Below are positions 24,300 to 34,640 of a stretch of DNA of 64,000 nt, piece by piece; the first letter of the stretch is position 1, and every line of letters begins with the position of its first letter. Source of the DNA: Callorhinchus milii (lineage: Eukaryota). The position numbers and the translations under genes were made by a program. The notes under the pieces were generated by a model. The model saw only the letters and a program-made list of their open reading frames with translations. It did not search any database and was not told the DNA's origin. The stretch is taken from NCBI RefSeq assembly GCF_018977255.1, contig NW_024704742.1:56546001-56610000 (forward strand), in the 5' to 3' direction.

Positions 24300-25329
24300 G
24301 AAAGGAGCTATACAAATGTTTTGCTGCTGCTGTTGTTATTGGATGTATGTTCTCTCACTTGGGCTGTAAAAAAAGAAAATTATCAAAATTATTAAAATAT
24401 TCTCTTGATTTATATTATTCTTAATGTGGATTTTTGGTCATTATTTTCGCTGACTTACTTAGAATATGGTGTTGGGAGTGGCTTGGGAGAAGGGTCAATA
24501 TTGCTGGACATTACTACAGCAGAAAACATTTTAAATCAATTGAAATATCATGAACAATAACATTTGGAAATCTACCAATTTGCTTGTTTTGACCATGTCA
24601 CTCTATGCTGTAATGCAAATGGAAAAATAGCCTTCTTGTTATATTTCTTGTTCCCCAGTTTCAAAGCCCACCTTAAAACGCATTTATTTGACCGCACTTT
24701 TAGTCACCTTCCCAATCCTCTTGAATACCCTCACCTGTCCCCCCCACCCCCCCAGCTCAGTGTCCAGAGAGATTTTTAAGCACTTTGAGATGTCCTCCCG
24801 ATGTGAAAGGTGGTACTGTATATAAATGTATTAACTGAAAAAAAAGTAACTTGTTGCTAATACAACATTTGCAATGTTGAGTTAAATCTAATGAAGGAAG
24901 TGATACTGACAAAAACAAACCATTGTTAAGACATGTCACATTTGCGGTAGTCTCTCCAGTTTCAAATCACTACTTACAGAAAGGGAGATTAATATGGAAG
25001 GATTTAAAGGGTATCGAGAATGGTTTGGAGTTTAGATCATTGATCTACAAGAGACCAAAAGGATTTGAGCTTTTCTCAATTGAGAAATCAAGCCACTGCA
25101 ATAGGCTTCAACCCACAATGTTCTGACTCAAAGACAAAAGAGCTTCCAACTGAGCCAGGCCAGGATTTCAGCTGTAAACTAAGAAATTTAATGTTGCTAT
25201 GGATCATGGAACAGTTCAACTAATTAAGGTAATATCAATTTCCACCAGTATAGATTCTCCCACCTGATAATTGTAATGAGACTGATCAGCTTGCCTATTT
25301 ATAGGATTGACGTTAAGGTTGCGGATTCC

Positions 25330-25592
25330 AATTTCACATAGGGGCTTAAACACGATTGTTAAACGATCGGTGATCACTTTTCCGGGGATAATAATCCCTT
25401 CAAAAAAAGTCATATAATAATTTGGTCAGTCAATCCTCGACTGTTTGTGGGGCACTGCTGTGCGTAATTGGCTGCCGTATTTCACCCACAATGTATAGCC
25501 AATTCACTTTAAAGTATATTCTGTGAAGCGCATTGAGCCGTCTCGAAGACGTGATAAGGCGCCATATCAATGCAAGGATTATTATTATATTA
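25330..25592 (+). mobile_element. SINE 3' two-thirds in TLR3 intron 1
   Basis: ttccggggataataatcccttc...ctgtttgtggggcactgctgtgcg...gcaaggattattatt. Confidence 0.8.
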
Positions 25593-26193
25593 TTGAACAC
25601 ACAGTCTAAGTTGATACATCAGGAGGTGACATCTTTCATGTGTAATGATAAACTCAGGACCAGCTCAGGTGGACATTAAATATCCCATGACATGATTCAA
25701 AAAGAGAAATGACTTTAGTCTGTGTTCCAGCCAACAACCCTCCAGGTGAATTAATCATTCACCTCTTGATTGTTTGTGGGACCTACACACATATGAAAAA
25801 TAGCTGCCATATTTCCTTACAAAAATTGTCACTACATATGATAGTAATTACTATGAAACGTTTTCAGATGTTTCGGAATTAGAAGCATTATAAAATATGG
25901 ACCTGCTTGTTTGTACTGCTGGACAATTTTCACAATTTAATAATTTTCAGCATTAGCAACGAAAAGATTCCAATACCAGCCAGTCATGACCTACTTCACT
26001 CCCTGCTATATCTGTTTTGCAATTTGGCAACCCTACACCACTGAATGCTCCAGGGGGGAAAAAAAAGCATAAAGCTCCTTTATTTGATCTGGTGATATGG
26101 TGAAAAGGGGGAGGAGGGTCAGTTAAGCATATTTTGAACCACCTTTATGTAGTTGCAGTAAATACCCTTTGAATACCAATTAAATAAGCATCT

Positions 26194-26836
26194 GTCATTC
26201 AGAACTCTGCAGCTCATGTACTGTCCCGCACCAGGCTTCGCGACCACATCACTCCCACCCTCGCTCGCCTCCACTGGCTCCCCATCCCCCAGAGGATCGA
26301 ATTCAAGATCCTCATCCTCACCTACAAGGCCATTCACGGCCTCGCTCCCTCCTACCTCTCCGACCTACTATCCCCCTACCTACCTGCCCGTACCCTCCGT
26401 TCCTCTGGCTCCGGTCTGCTCCACGTCCCCCGCCCCAACCGCCCTACCATCGGTGGTCGGGCCTTCAGCCTCTCAGCCCCGAGGCTCTGGAACTCTATCC
26501 CTCAGTGCCTTCGCCGCCTCCTCCCTTTCCTCCTTCAAGGCCGGTCTCAAGACCTTTCTCTTTGACCGAGCCTTCAGCTCCCCTCTCGACTCTCTACCCC
26601 CTCCTCACCCCCTCCCTTCCCTCCCCTCACCCTGACCATTTCCCCCCTCCTCGCTCCCTCCCTTCCCTCCCCTCACCCTGACCATTTCCCCCCTCCTCGC
26701 TCCCTCCCTTCCCTCCCCTCACCCTGACCATTTCCCCTCTGCTCGGGTCCCGACCCAACTGTGCAGCGCCTTGGGACGTCCTCCCGACGTGAAAGGCGCT
26801 TTATAAATGGAATCTTGTTGTTGTTGTTGTTGTTGT
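26194..26836 (+). mobile_element. Young L2 3' fragment with internal 46-bp triplication
   Basis: Highly similar to the copy at 48035-48671; (TTG)n tail at 26815-26835. Confidence 0.9.
26597..26737 (+). repeat. 3 x 46-bp polypyrimidine tandem repeat
   Basis: CCTGACCATTTCCCC recurs at 26631, 26677 and 26723 (period 46). Confidence 0.9.
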
Positions 26837-27199
26837 CTTAATGCAGCACACAACTCTTCACCACAGCAGCCTTGTCAGTCAGATAGGACAACTGCCAAAA
26901 GACCTTGCAATGCTCGGGAGCCTCCCCAAAGCTGCTGGGAACTCAAGGGGCAGAATGTTTGCTTGTACTGCGGTGCGCCATCGCTCTCCCATTTGGATGT
27001 CCTTCTCCTTTATGACATGAAGTGCACACGGGAGCAGGTTCAGGCCCTCCCTGATCAGATCAGATCAGATCATTGCATCCAGACAGGGCTTTGCACAAAG
27101 CTGCGCGCATTCATCATCATCATCATCATCATCATATACCGAAAATGCAGCAATTCTTATTTTGCCAGATTTTTTTTCCCCCCCCTCTTAACTCCGGAT

Positions 27200-27680
27200 A
27201 AACATACAAAGTCAGGCGGACAGACGCAACACTGTGCTCATAGCCGCCACTTTTCCGGGGAGTCGGCGAGAACCCCACAGCGAGTGCGGTGGGGAATGTG
27301 TTTCACTGAGAGAGAGCCGCAAACCGCACACCCGCGCACTGACATACCATCCCGACCGCTTGGCGCGGCCGCCGTCTGCCCTCGTGTTCCTGTCCCTCTG
27401 CTCTCAGCTCTCAGTGCAGTGGATGTCTTTTTTTTTTAACATTTATTTATTTAATAAAAAAAAAGGGAATTATCCCCCGACTCGCAAAGTGCTGAAAGTT
27501 TCGAACAGTCCACTCTCTCTCTCTCTCTCTCTCTATCGCTTTCAGTTTCGTTCGCGTGGGCAGAAGAGTTGTGGGAGGTGAGTGCTCTGTGGCGTTTACT
27601 CTGCCTGAGGGCTGACCTGAGCCCCTTCACTCCCATCCCGAAGTCCTTTCAAACACACATGTGAGTCACTTGCCTCACAT
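27200..27680 (-). promoter_or_regulatory. TLR3: Candidate TLR3 promoter and non-coding exon 1 (CpG-rich, repeat-free island)
   Basis: Locally CpG-rich unique sequence about 3 kb upstream of the ATG exon. Candidate donor ATG|GTATGT at 27347-27346, ISRE at 27539-27549, AP-1 TGAGTCA at 27662-27668. Mammalian TLR3 has a non-coding exon 1. The TSS cannot be determined from sequence. Confidence 0.6.
27539..27553 (-). promoter_or_regulatory. ISRE / IRF-binding element
   Basis: Minus strand reads GAACGAAACTGAAAG, a GAAANNGAAA consensus plus a degenerate third half-site. Confidence 0.7.
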
Positions 27681-27885
27681 GGTCAAAGCAATCTGATGAC
27701 TGACTGATGATCAGGAGGGTGTTGCACATCAGGTTGGGAATCCTCAGGCTCTTTGGATCAAAATGCCTCATCTTCGTCGAAGCGCGGAATACATTTTCGA
27801 CCCTATTCTTCCAGCAGACACGTTTTCACATGTGATTTAATCATCCTTGCATTTCATGCAATGTGTTTCACTTCGGGAGGGACAT

Positions 27886-28430
27886 GCAACAACAACAACA
27901 ACAACAACAAGATTTCATTTATAGAGCGCCTTTCACGTCGGGAGGATGTCCCAAGGCGCTGTACAGTTGGGTCAGGACCCGAGCATTGGTCAGGGTGAGG
28001 GGAGGGAAGGGAGGGAGCGAGGAGGGGGTAGAGAGTTCGAGAGGGGAGCTGAAGGCACAGTCAAAGAGTGGCACCTCACAAAAAGTGGCACCTCACAGGA
28101 TTTATTGTAAAGTGTAGTGTCTGTGTATTTTGAAGGCAAACCAAAGTAAGGACAAGGATCTTGAACTCAATCCTCTGGGGGATTGGGGACTAGTGGAACC
28201 TAATGAAGATAAGGGTGAAAGACTCACGGAGCCTGGTGAGGGAGAGGATATGAGCTGCAGATTTCTGGATAGTCTGCAGTTTGTGGAGGGAAGAGTTGGA
28301 AAGTCCAGCAAGCAAAAATTTTGTGTAGTCTGACCTGGATGTGATGAATGCATGGATAAAGATCTTGGGACCAAAAGGGAGTGGAGGTGGGCAATGTTAC
28401 GGAGATGAGGGAAAGCTGAACGGATCACAT
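27886..28430 (-). mobile_element. L2 fragments (27886-28068 young 3' end; 28140-28430 older)
   Basis: (CAA)n tail at 27887-27910; reverse complement of the 26.5-26.8 kb L2 end. Confidence 0.85.
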
Positions 28431-28494
28431 CAAACTTGTGGAATTTAAAGGACAGTGAGAGACACCAGAGTTCTGCATGTGCTGATATTGATAT

Positions 28495-28921
28495 GTGTCA
28501 GCTTGGCGCAGGGGAGGCACTCACGCCTCCGATTCAGAAGGTTGTGGGTTCAAGTCCCGCATCAGCTGATGCTCCAATGCACCGCTGGGGTGATGTTGCA
28601 TTATCAGAGATGCCGTCCTTCGGATGAAACGTTAAACTGAGGTACTGTCTGCCTGTTCAAATGGACGTTAAAGAGCCATAGCACTATTCAAAAACAGAAG
28701 GAAGTATTTCCTGGTATCCTGACCAATAAATACCCTAAATAAAATTTGGCACCCACTCCATGACTGTTTGGGGAACACTCCTGTGCACAATGGGCTACCA
28801 TGCTTCACCCACAAAATACACAGTCAAAACCACTTTACAGTATATCCTGTGAAATGTTTTGAGACATCTCAATAATGTGATAAGGTGCTATATCAAATGC
28901 AAGATTTATTATGATTATTAT
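28495..28921 (+). mobile_element. Deu-domain SINE, near full length
   Basis: tRNA-like head (gaaggttgtgggttcaagtccc), then gatgccgtccttcggatgaaacgttaaactgagg...ggacgttaaagagccatagcactattc, the Deu domain of AmnSINE1/SacSINE1-type elements. Confidence 0.82.
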
Positions 28922-28923
28922 GT

Positions 28924-29242
28924 GGAGTCCTGTAGCTCAGTGGTTAGAGCACTCGCCTTGCAAGCAAGACACCTGGGTTCGATTCCCGGCAGGGCAAAAC
29001 CTTGGGCAAGATTCCTTACTCCACACGCCTAATAATAATCCCTCAAGAAACAAATCAAATAATAAATTGGTCACTTCAATTCACGACTGTTTGTGGGATA
29101 CCGCTGTGCGCAATTGGCTGCTGCGTTTCGCCCACAAATATACAGTCAATTCACTTCACAGTATATTCTGTATATTGAGTATATTGAGACATCTAGAAGA
29201 CATGACAAATGCTATATCAAATGTAAGGATTATTATTATTAT
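28924..29242 (+). mobile_element. tRNA(Ala)-derived SINE, short variant, inserted at the tail of the DeuSINE
   Basis: Near-complete cloverleaf head with TGC anticodon, then SINE body. Confidence 0.9.
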
Positions 29243-29858
29243 ATGATTATATTGGAAAGAGAGTGTATCTAGAGACTGAGTATAAGCAATGTTGTAATGA
29301 GGTCCACTTGCCATTGCGTAACTGTGCACAAACCACTGGAACAGATTTCCTCGGGCTTTATATTGACTGTATGTTCTCATTCATTTCCTCTTTACTTTTT
29401 TTGTTATGTATTTTATGTGAGTACCTCATTGTTTTTATATTCTTTCCAGGGGCAGCTCCCATTAAGATCCTGCAAGTCAAAGCCCTAACAGGTAGGGTGG
29501 TCCAAGCTGGACAAGCAGCAGGAAAGATTGCCAGACAGTGCATTCAATGGCAAGCTAATCAGTTTTAGCTCGGTGGAATCCAGCAGTACCCAACAGGACC
29601 TCACTTGAACAGGCAGATGGGACCTCTTGTCTGAAAGGATTTCTGGCTGTGTTTTTTTTACTGAGACCTGATATCTTGGAGCTTGATTGAGTTTGCAGGT
29701 TATTTAACACAGGAGCATTGTAGCTGAGCCTGATTCTGTTTTCACCCAACATCCATCCACAAGTTCACAGGATTGGTTTGGATAAAAAAGGCCCTTCAGC
29801 CCATTTGATCTCATCTCTCCAGAACACTCTTACTATCATTCCCCACCACTTCATCATC

Positions 29859-30741
29859 AACAACAACAACAAAATTACATTTATAGAGCGCCTTTCACGT
29901 CGGGAGGATGTCCCAAAGCGCTGAACAGTCAGATGTCGGGGCCCGAGCATGGGGGAGGGGTGGTGTAGGGGGAGGGAAGGCAGAGAGATGGAAGGGAGAC
30001 CAAAGGCACGATCGAAGAGAAGGGTCTTGAGACCGGCCTTGAAGGAAGCAAGGGAGGAAGCGAGGTGAAGGCATTGTGGGATGGAGTTCCAGAGTGTGGG
30101 GGCAGAGAGGCTGAAAGCCCGGCCACCGATGGTAGGGCGGGTCGGGTGGGAGACATGGAGCAGGCCAGAGCCTGATGAACAGAGGGAGCGGGCAGGTTGA
30201 TAGGGAGTCAGCAAGTCAGAGAGGTAGGAGGGGGCAAGGCCATGGATGGCCTTAAAGGTGAAGACGAGGATCTTGAACTCGATCCTCTGGGGGATGGGGA
30301 GCCAGTGGAGTCGGCCGAGGGTGGGAGTGATGGGGTCACGGAGCCTGGTGCGTGAGAGTACATGAGCTGCAGAATTTTGGGTGATCTGTAGCTTGTGAAG
30401 GGAAGATTTGGAAAGGCCGATGAGGAGGGAGTTCCCGTAAACGAGCCTTGAGGTGACGAATGCATGAGTGAAGGTTTCGGCAGCCTGAGGGGTGAGGCAG
30501 TGGCGAAGTCTGGCAATGTTGCAGAGGTGGTGGTAGGCAGTGCCGGTCATGGCACAGATGTGTGGGAGAAAGGAAAGTTCAGGGTCAAACAAGATACCCA
30601 GGTTCCTGACTGGGCTAGTGAGGCGAGTGTACAGCCATTGAGGCTGATGCTGCCAACGCCTGAAGTGCGGAGGCTCCAGCGCGAGCCAATCAGGAGGGCC
30701 TCAGTCTTGCTGACGTTGAGTTGGAGAAAGTTGAGTTGCAG
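29859..30741 (-). mobile_element. Young 5'-truncated L2 LINE
   Basis: Open ORF2 C-terminus (HAFVTSRL.YGNSLL, LHWLPIPQRIEFKIL, FKAGLKTLLF); near-identical to 44423-45166. Confidence 0.93.
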
Positions 30742-30804
30742 AATAACTAACACTTTTGCTTTTGTTCGGCTGGGTATCTGCCACATGCGTTAACCCATCA
30801 CCAT

Positions 30805-31510
30805 AATAATAATAATCCTTGCATTTATATTGATATTATATAGCGCCTTATTACATCATTGAGACCTCTCAACACGCTTCACAGAATATATTGTAAAGTG
30901 GATTGACTTTATTTTGTGGGCGAAATCTGGCAGGCCAATTGCGCACCGGGGTGTCCCACAAACAGTCGTGGACTGAGTGATCAAAATTTTTTTGTGAGAT
31001 TATTAAGAGTATCTAAACCAGACTGAGTTCCACATTATATATGCCACCCACACATGCAATTAATGCACTCAGTAGAATATTGGAAAGCAAATGAATGTCC
31101 TATGCGACTGCAGTGGGCTGAGACATTTTCAAAATATTCAAAGGATCCTGGGTGCAGTGGTATAGAAATCAAATGATTGCAATCTAATAATAATAATAAT
31201 AATCATCCTTGCATTTGATATAGTGCCTTATCAATTTGTTGATAAGCACTTCACAGAATGTATTGTAAAGTGGGTACATAGTGTATTTTGTGGCCGAAAC
31301 ACAGCAGCCAATTGTGCACAGCAATGTCCTACAAGCATATATAATATATATAATAATAATCCTTGCATTTGGTATAGCGCTTTTCACGTCGGGAGGACGT
31401 CCCAAAGCGCTTCACAGAACACACTGTAAAGTGAATTGACTGTATATTTGTGGGCGAACGCGGCAGCCAATTGCGCACAGCAATGTCCTACAAGCATATA
31501 TAATATATAT
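30805..31510 (-). mobile_element. Three SINE 3' halves (30805-30995, 31186-31335, 31351-31495)
   Basis: Reverse-complement SINE tails. Confidence 0.85.
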
Positions 31511-32968
31511 GAACAAGATGGGAGGTTTTACCCATGAGTTGCCACCCTTGACCAAACTCTCAAGGGAAATTTTAAGCAGAGGTAACATTATTAATATTAT
31601 TTGAAAACCTATTATTCTCAAGCTTGGATTCCACAAACTAATCAGCAAGAAGAAGCTTTATACTGTGCTGATTATACTTCCCCATAATGGAACCTTCCTG
31701 ATGTCTCTATGTCACTATGTTCCTTATTTTCACTGATTTAAGGTTGTGTATTACTCAACCTGTGGTTTGAGGTATCATGTGTCACTGTGCAAAAGACGCA
31801 AACCTTTAAAATTTGTTCTTTCATGATTGATGGCTTGAGGTTAGTTGTTGTGTGACTTTCTTTGCCTTGCTGAGGAAGCACAAACCTTTTCAAATACCCT
31901 GTTGATTGTAAAGCTCTGCTGCTCACTGCAGCCCTGACCTTCAGCAGGCCCAACACCCCTGTGACATGAATGAAGCAGTTCTTTTGCCTTCAGAGACAGT
32001 TAACCAGCACGTATTAAGATGGATCTCCCTTCCCTCCCTCCAAAAGGCAACAGACTTGTGACAGCAAAGGAAACAATTATGATTTCTCCCCGCAACATCA
32101 TGTACCTCACGTACTCTTGAGTTTGCTGACTGTCGTTTTTCTGCCCACAATTAAACTGACCTGGTTTGCTCAGTTGTTTTGATGTTGCTGTGTGTCCTTT
32201 GAATTCTAGCCTAGAGCAAGTGGGGCAGGACAACAGCCCCTGCAGCTTTAGGGTACTTCAGAACAGATTCTATTTGACCCGGTTCTAAAGAATCCTGCAA
32301 TGTCCTTCTTATGATACCATATTTGAGGTGAACCAGCAACATGAATTACGTCATCTGATTCATCCTGCAGCATTAAGACAGCCACACACTGCACTTTCAC
32401 TTTGAACATTTCTGTACAGAAGTGAGACTGCTTTACTTGGTGTTTGAGAGGCATTTGGTAAAGTTTCTCATGTGAGGATTTTAATAAAAGTTAAAACTCA
32501 TTGAATTAAGAGCAAATTTGACAGCTGGATCGAAAACTGCTTTAACAAGAAAAATAATGCTCTTGCGTTTGATATCGTAACTTTCAGTTGGGAGGACACC
32601 TTAAAGTGCTGCACAGGATATACTGCAACGTTCCACAAACAACTGTGAAGTGAATGACCAACTTTATTTGGGGGATTGTTGGTTAGGCCACGGGGAGAAA
32701 CATCCTTCTCATTTTGAATAGTGCCATGAGATTGGATGATGAAGGCTCTTTGGCCTACCTGATCTCATCCTTCCAGAACACCACCACACACCCCATCACC
32801 CCCATCCTCCCCACACCCCTATTCTCATATCACAGCATCATTTTGTATTATAAATGAGTCCCAGTGCCCTTACCTCATCCACCCGATCTGGCAACTGTCC
32901 CAGTGGTTAAAGAAAACCTTGCTGGTATCTGTCCTGAAATTACCCTTTGCAACTCTAAGCTCCTCTGT

Positions 32969-34640
32969 TAGGAACATAGGAACATGGAACAGGAGTAGGC
33001 CATTCAGCCCGTCGAGCCTGTTCAGCCATTTAATTGGATCATGGCTGATCTATATCTTTACTAGAATTTCATCCAATTGCCCACTTTCTCCCTGTATCCC
33101 TTAATACCCCGACCTACCAAAAATCTGTCAATCTCTTTCTTGAAGGTGTGGATGGATCCAGCATCCATAACCTTTTGGGGGAGAGAGTTCCAGATTTCTA
33201 CTACCCTTTGAGTGAAAAAATGCTTCCTAATTTCACTCTTAAATGGTCTGGTTTTAATTTTAAGACTATGCTCCCTTGTTTTGCATTCCCCCAACATAGG
33301 AAATAGCTTTTCTGCATCCACCCTATCAAATCCCTTTATCATCCTAAAACCTCTATCAAATCACCCCTCAATCTTCTAAACTCGAAGGAATACAATCCAA
33401 GTTTACACAGCCTTTCCTCGTAACTTAACCCTTTTTGGCCTAGTAATATTCTGGTGAACCTGCACTACACCCTCTCCAAGGCCAAAATAGCTTTCCTGTG
33501 GTGTGGTGCCCAAAACTGAACGCAGTACTCCAGGTGGGGTCTGACTAACTCTCTATACAGCTGAAACATCATTTCGTCCCCTTTGTGTTCCAGGCCTCTC
33601 AAGATAAAGGCCAACATACCATTTGCCTTTTTGATTATGTTTTGCACCTGGGAACTAGTTTTTAGTGATTTGTGGATATAGACACCCAAATCTTTTTGCT
33701 CTTCCACAGCTCTTAATTTCTCCCTGTTAAGAAAGTATTCTGCCCTATCTTTTTTCGGTCTATAGTGGTTAACCTCATACTTCCCTACATTGAACTCCAT
33801 CTGCCACAGCTTTGCCCACTCACTTAATCTGTCTAAGTCTCTTTATAACTTCCTATTCCCATCTTCACTACTTGCTGAGCCTTCTATCTTAGTGTCATCC
33901 GCAAACTTGTATATAAAACTTTCTATTTCTTCATCCAAGTTATTTATGTATATGGAAAAAAGCTGAGGTCCCAGTACAGACCCCTGGGGGATACCACTTG
34001 TTATGTCCCCCCAATCAGAGAATGTTCCCTTAATCCCTACCCTCTGTTTTCTGCCTCTCAACCAATTGCGAAGCCCCGTCACAAGGTTACCTCCGATTCC
34101 GTGCGCTTCTATTTTTACTAATAATCTTTTGCGTGGAACCTTATCAAATGCCTTCTGAAAGTCCATATAAATGACATCCATGGACACTCTCTTATCGACC
34201 ATTTTAGTGACTTCCTCAAAAAATTCAACTAGATTAGTTAGGCCCGACCTACCCTTTACAAACCCATGCTGACTCCCTTTGATAAGCTCATACCTGTCCA
34301 AGTATCTTGGTAGCATCTGTCCCTGATGATGGATTCCAGTAATTTCCCTACAACTGACGTTAAACTGACAGGTCTGTAATTTCCTGGTTTCTCCCTCCTT
34401 CCCTTCTTAAATAAAGGGGTGATATTGGCAATTTTCCAATCTAAGGTCACAATTCCCGAATCTAGTGAGCTTTGCAAAATCATGACCAATGCATCTGCAA
34501 TTTCCTCTCCTATTTCCTTTAACACCCTGGGGTGGAAACTGTCAGGTCCTGGAGATTTGCCTATTTTGAGTCTCATTATTTTCTCCATCACCATTTTTTT
34601 ATTTATATTTAGTTTATTAAGTATTTCTTTTTGACTTATT
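32969..34640 (-). mobile_element. CR1 LINE, 5'-truncated, RT region with frameshifts
   Basis: KSPGPD, PGNYRPVSLTSVVGKLLE, QHGFVKGRS.LTNL, YMDFQKAFDKV, GIPQGSVLGP, FADDTK, LVRPHLEYCVQFWAP, FFTQRVVEIWNSLP; (TAGGAACA)n terminus at 32969. Confidence 0.95.

Noticed and set aside
26597..26737. CRISPR-like array
   Set aside because: Head-to-tail repeats with no unique spacers, inside a eukaryotic LINE.
26807..27581. 210-aa and 115-aa plus-strand ORFs over the TLR3 promoter
   Set aside because: Built from (TTG)n, (CAT)n and (CT)n microsatellites and GC-rich sequence; no recognisable domain.
28924..29000. tRNA-Ala-like cloverleafs (also at 5771, 12886, 46649, 52035)
   Set aside because: Each runs into a SINE body and tail, carries stem mismatches and lacks a nearby Pol III terminator; these are SINE heads, not tRNA genes.
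29765..30592. 275-aa ORF (and the 240-aa ORF at 44458-45180) as host genes
   Set aside because: C-terminal ORF2 fragments of 5'-truncated young L2 copies; no evidence of domestication.
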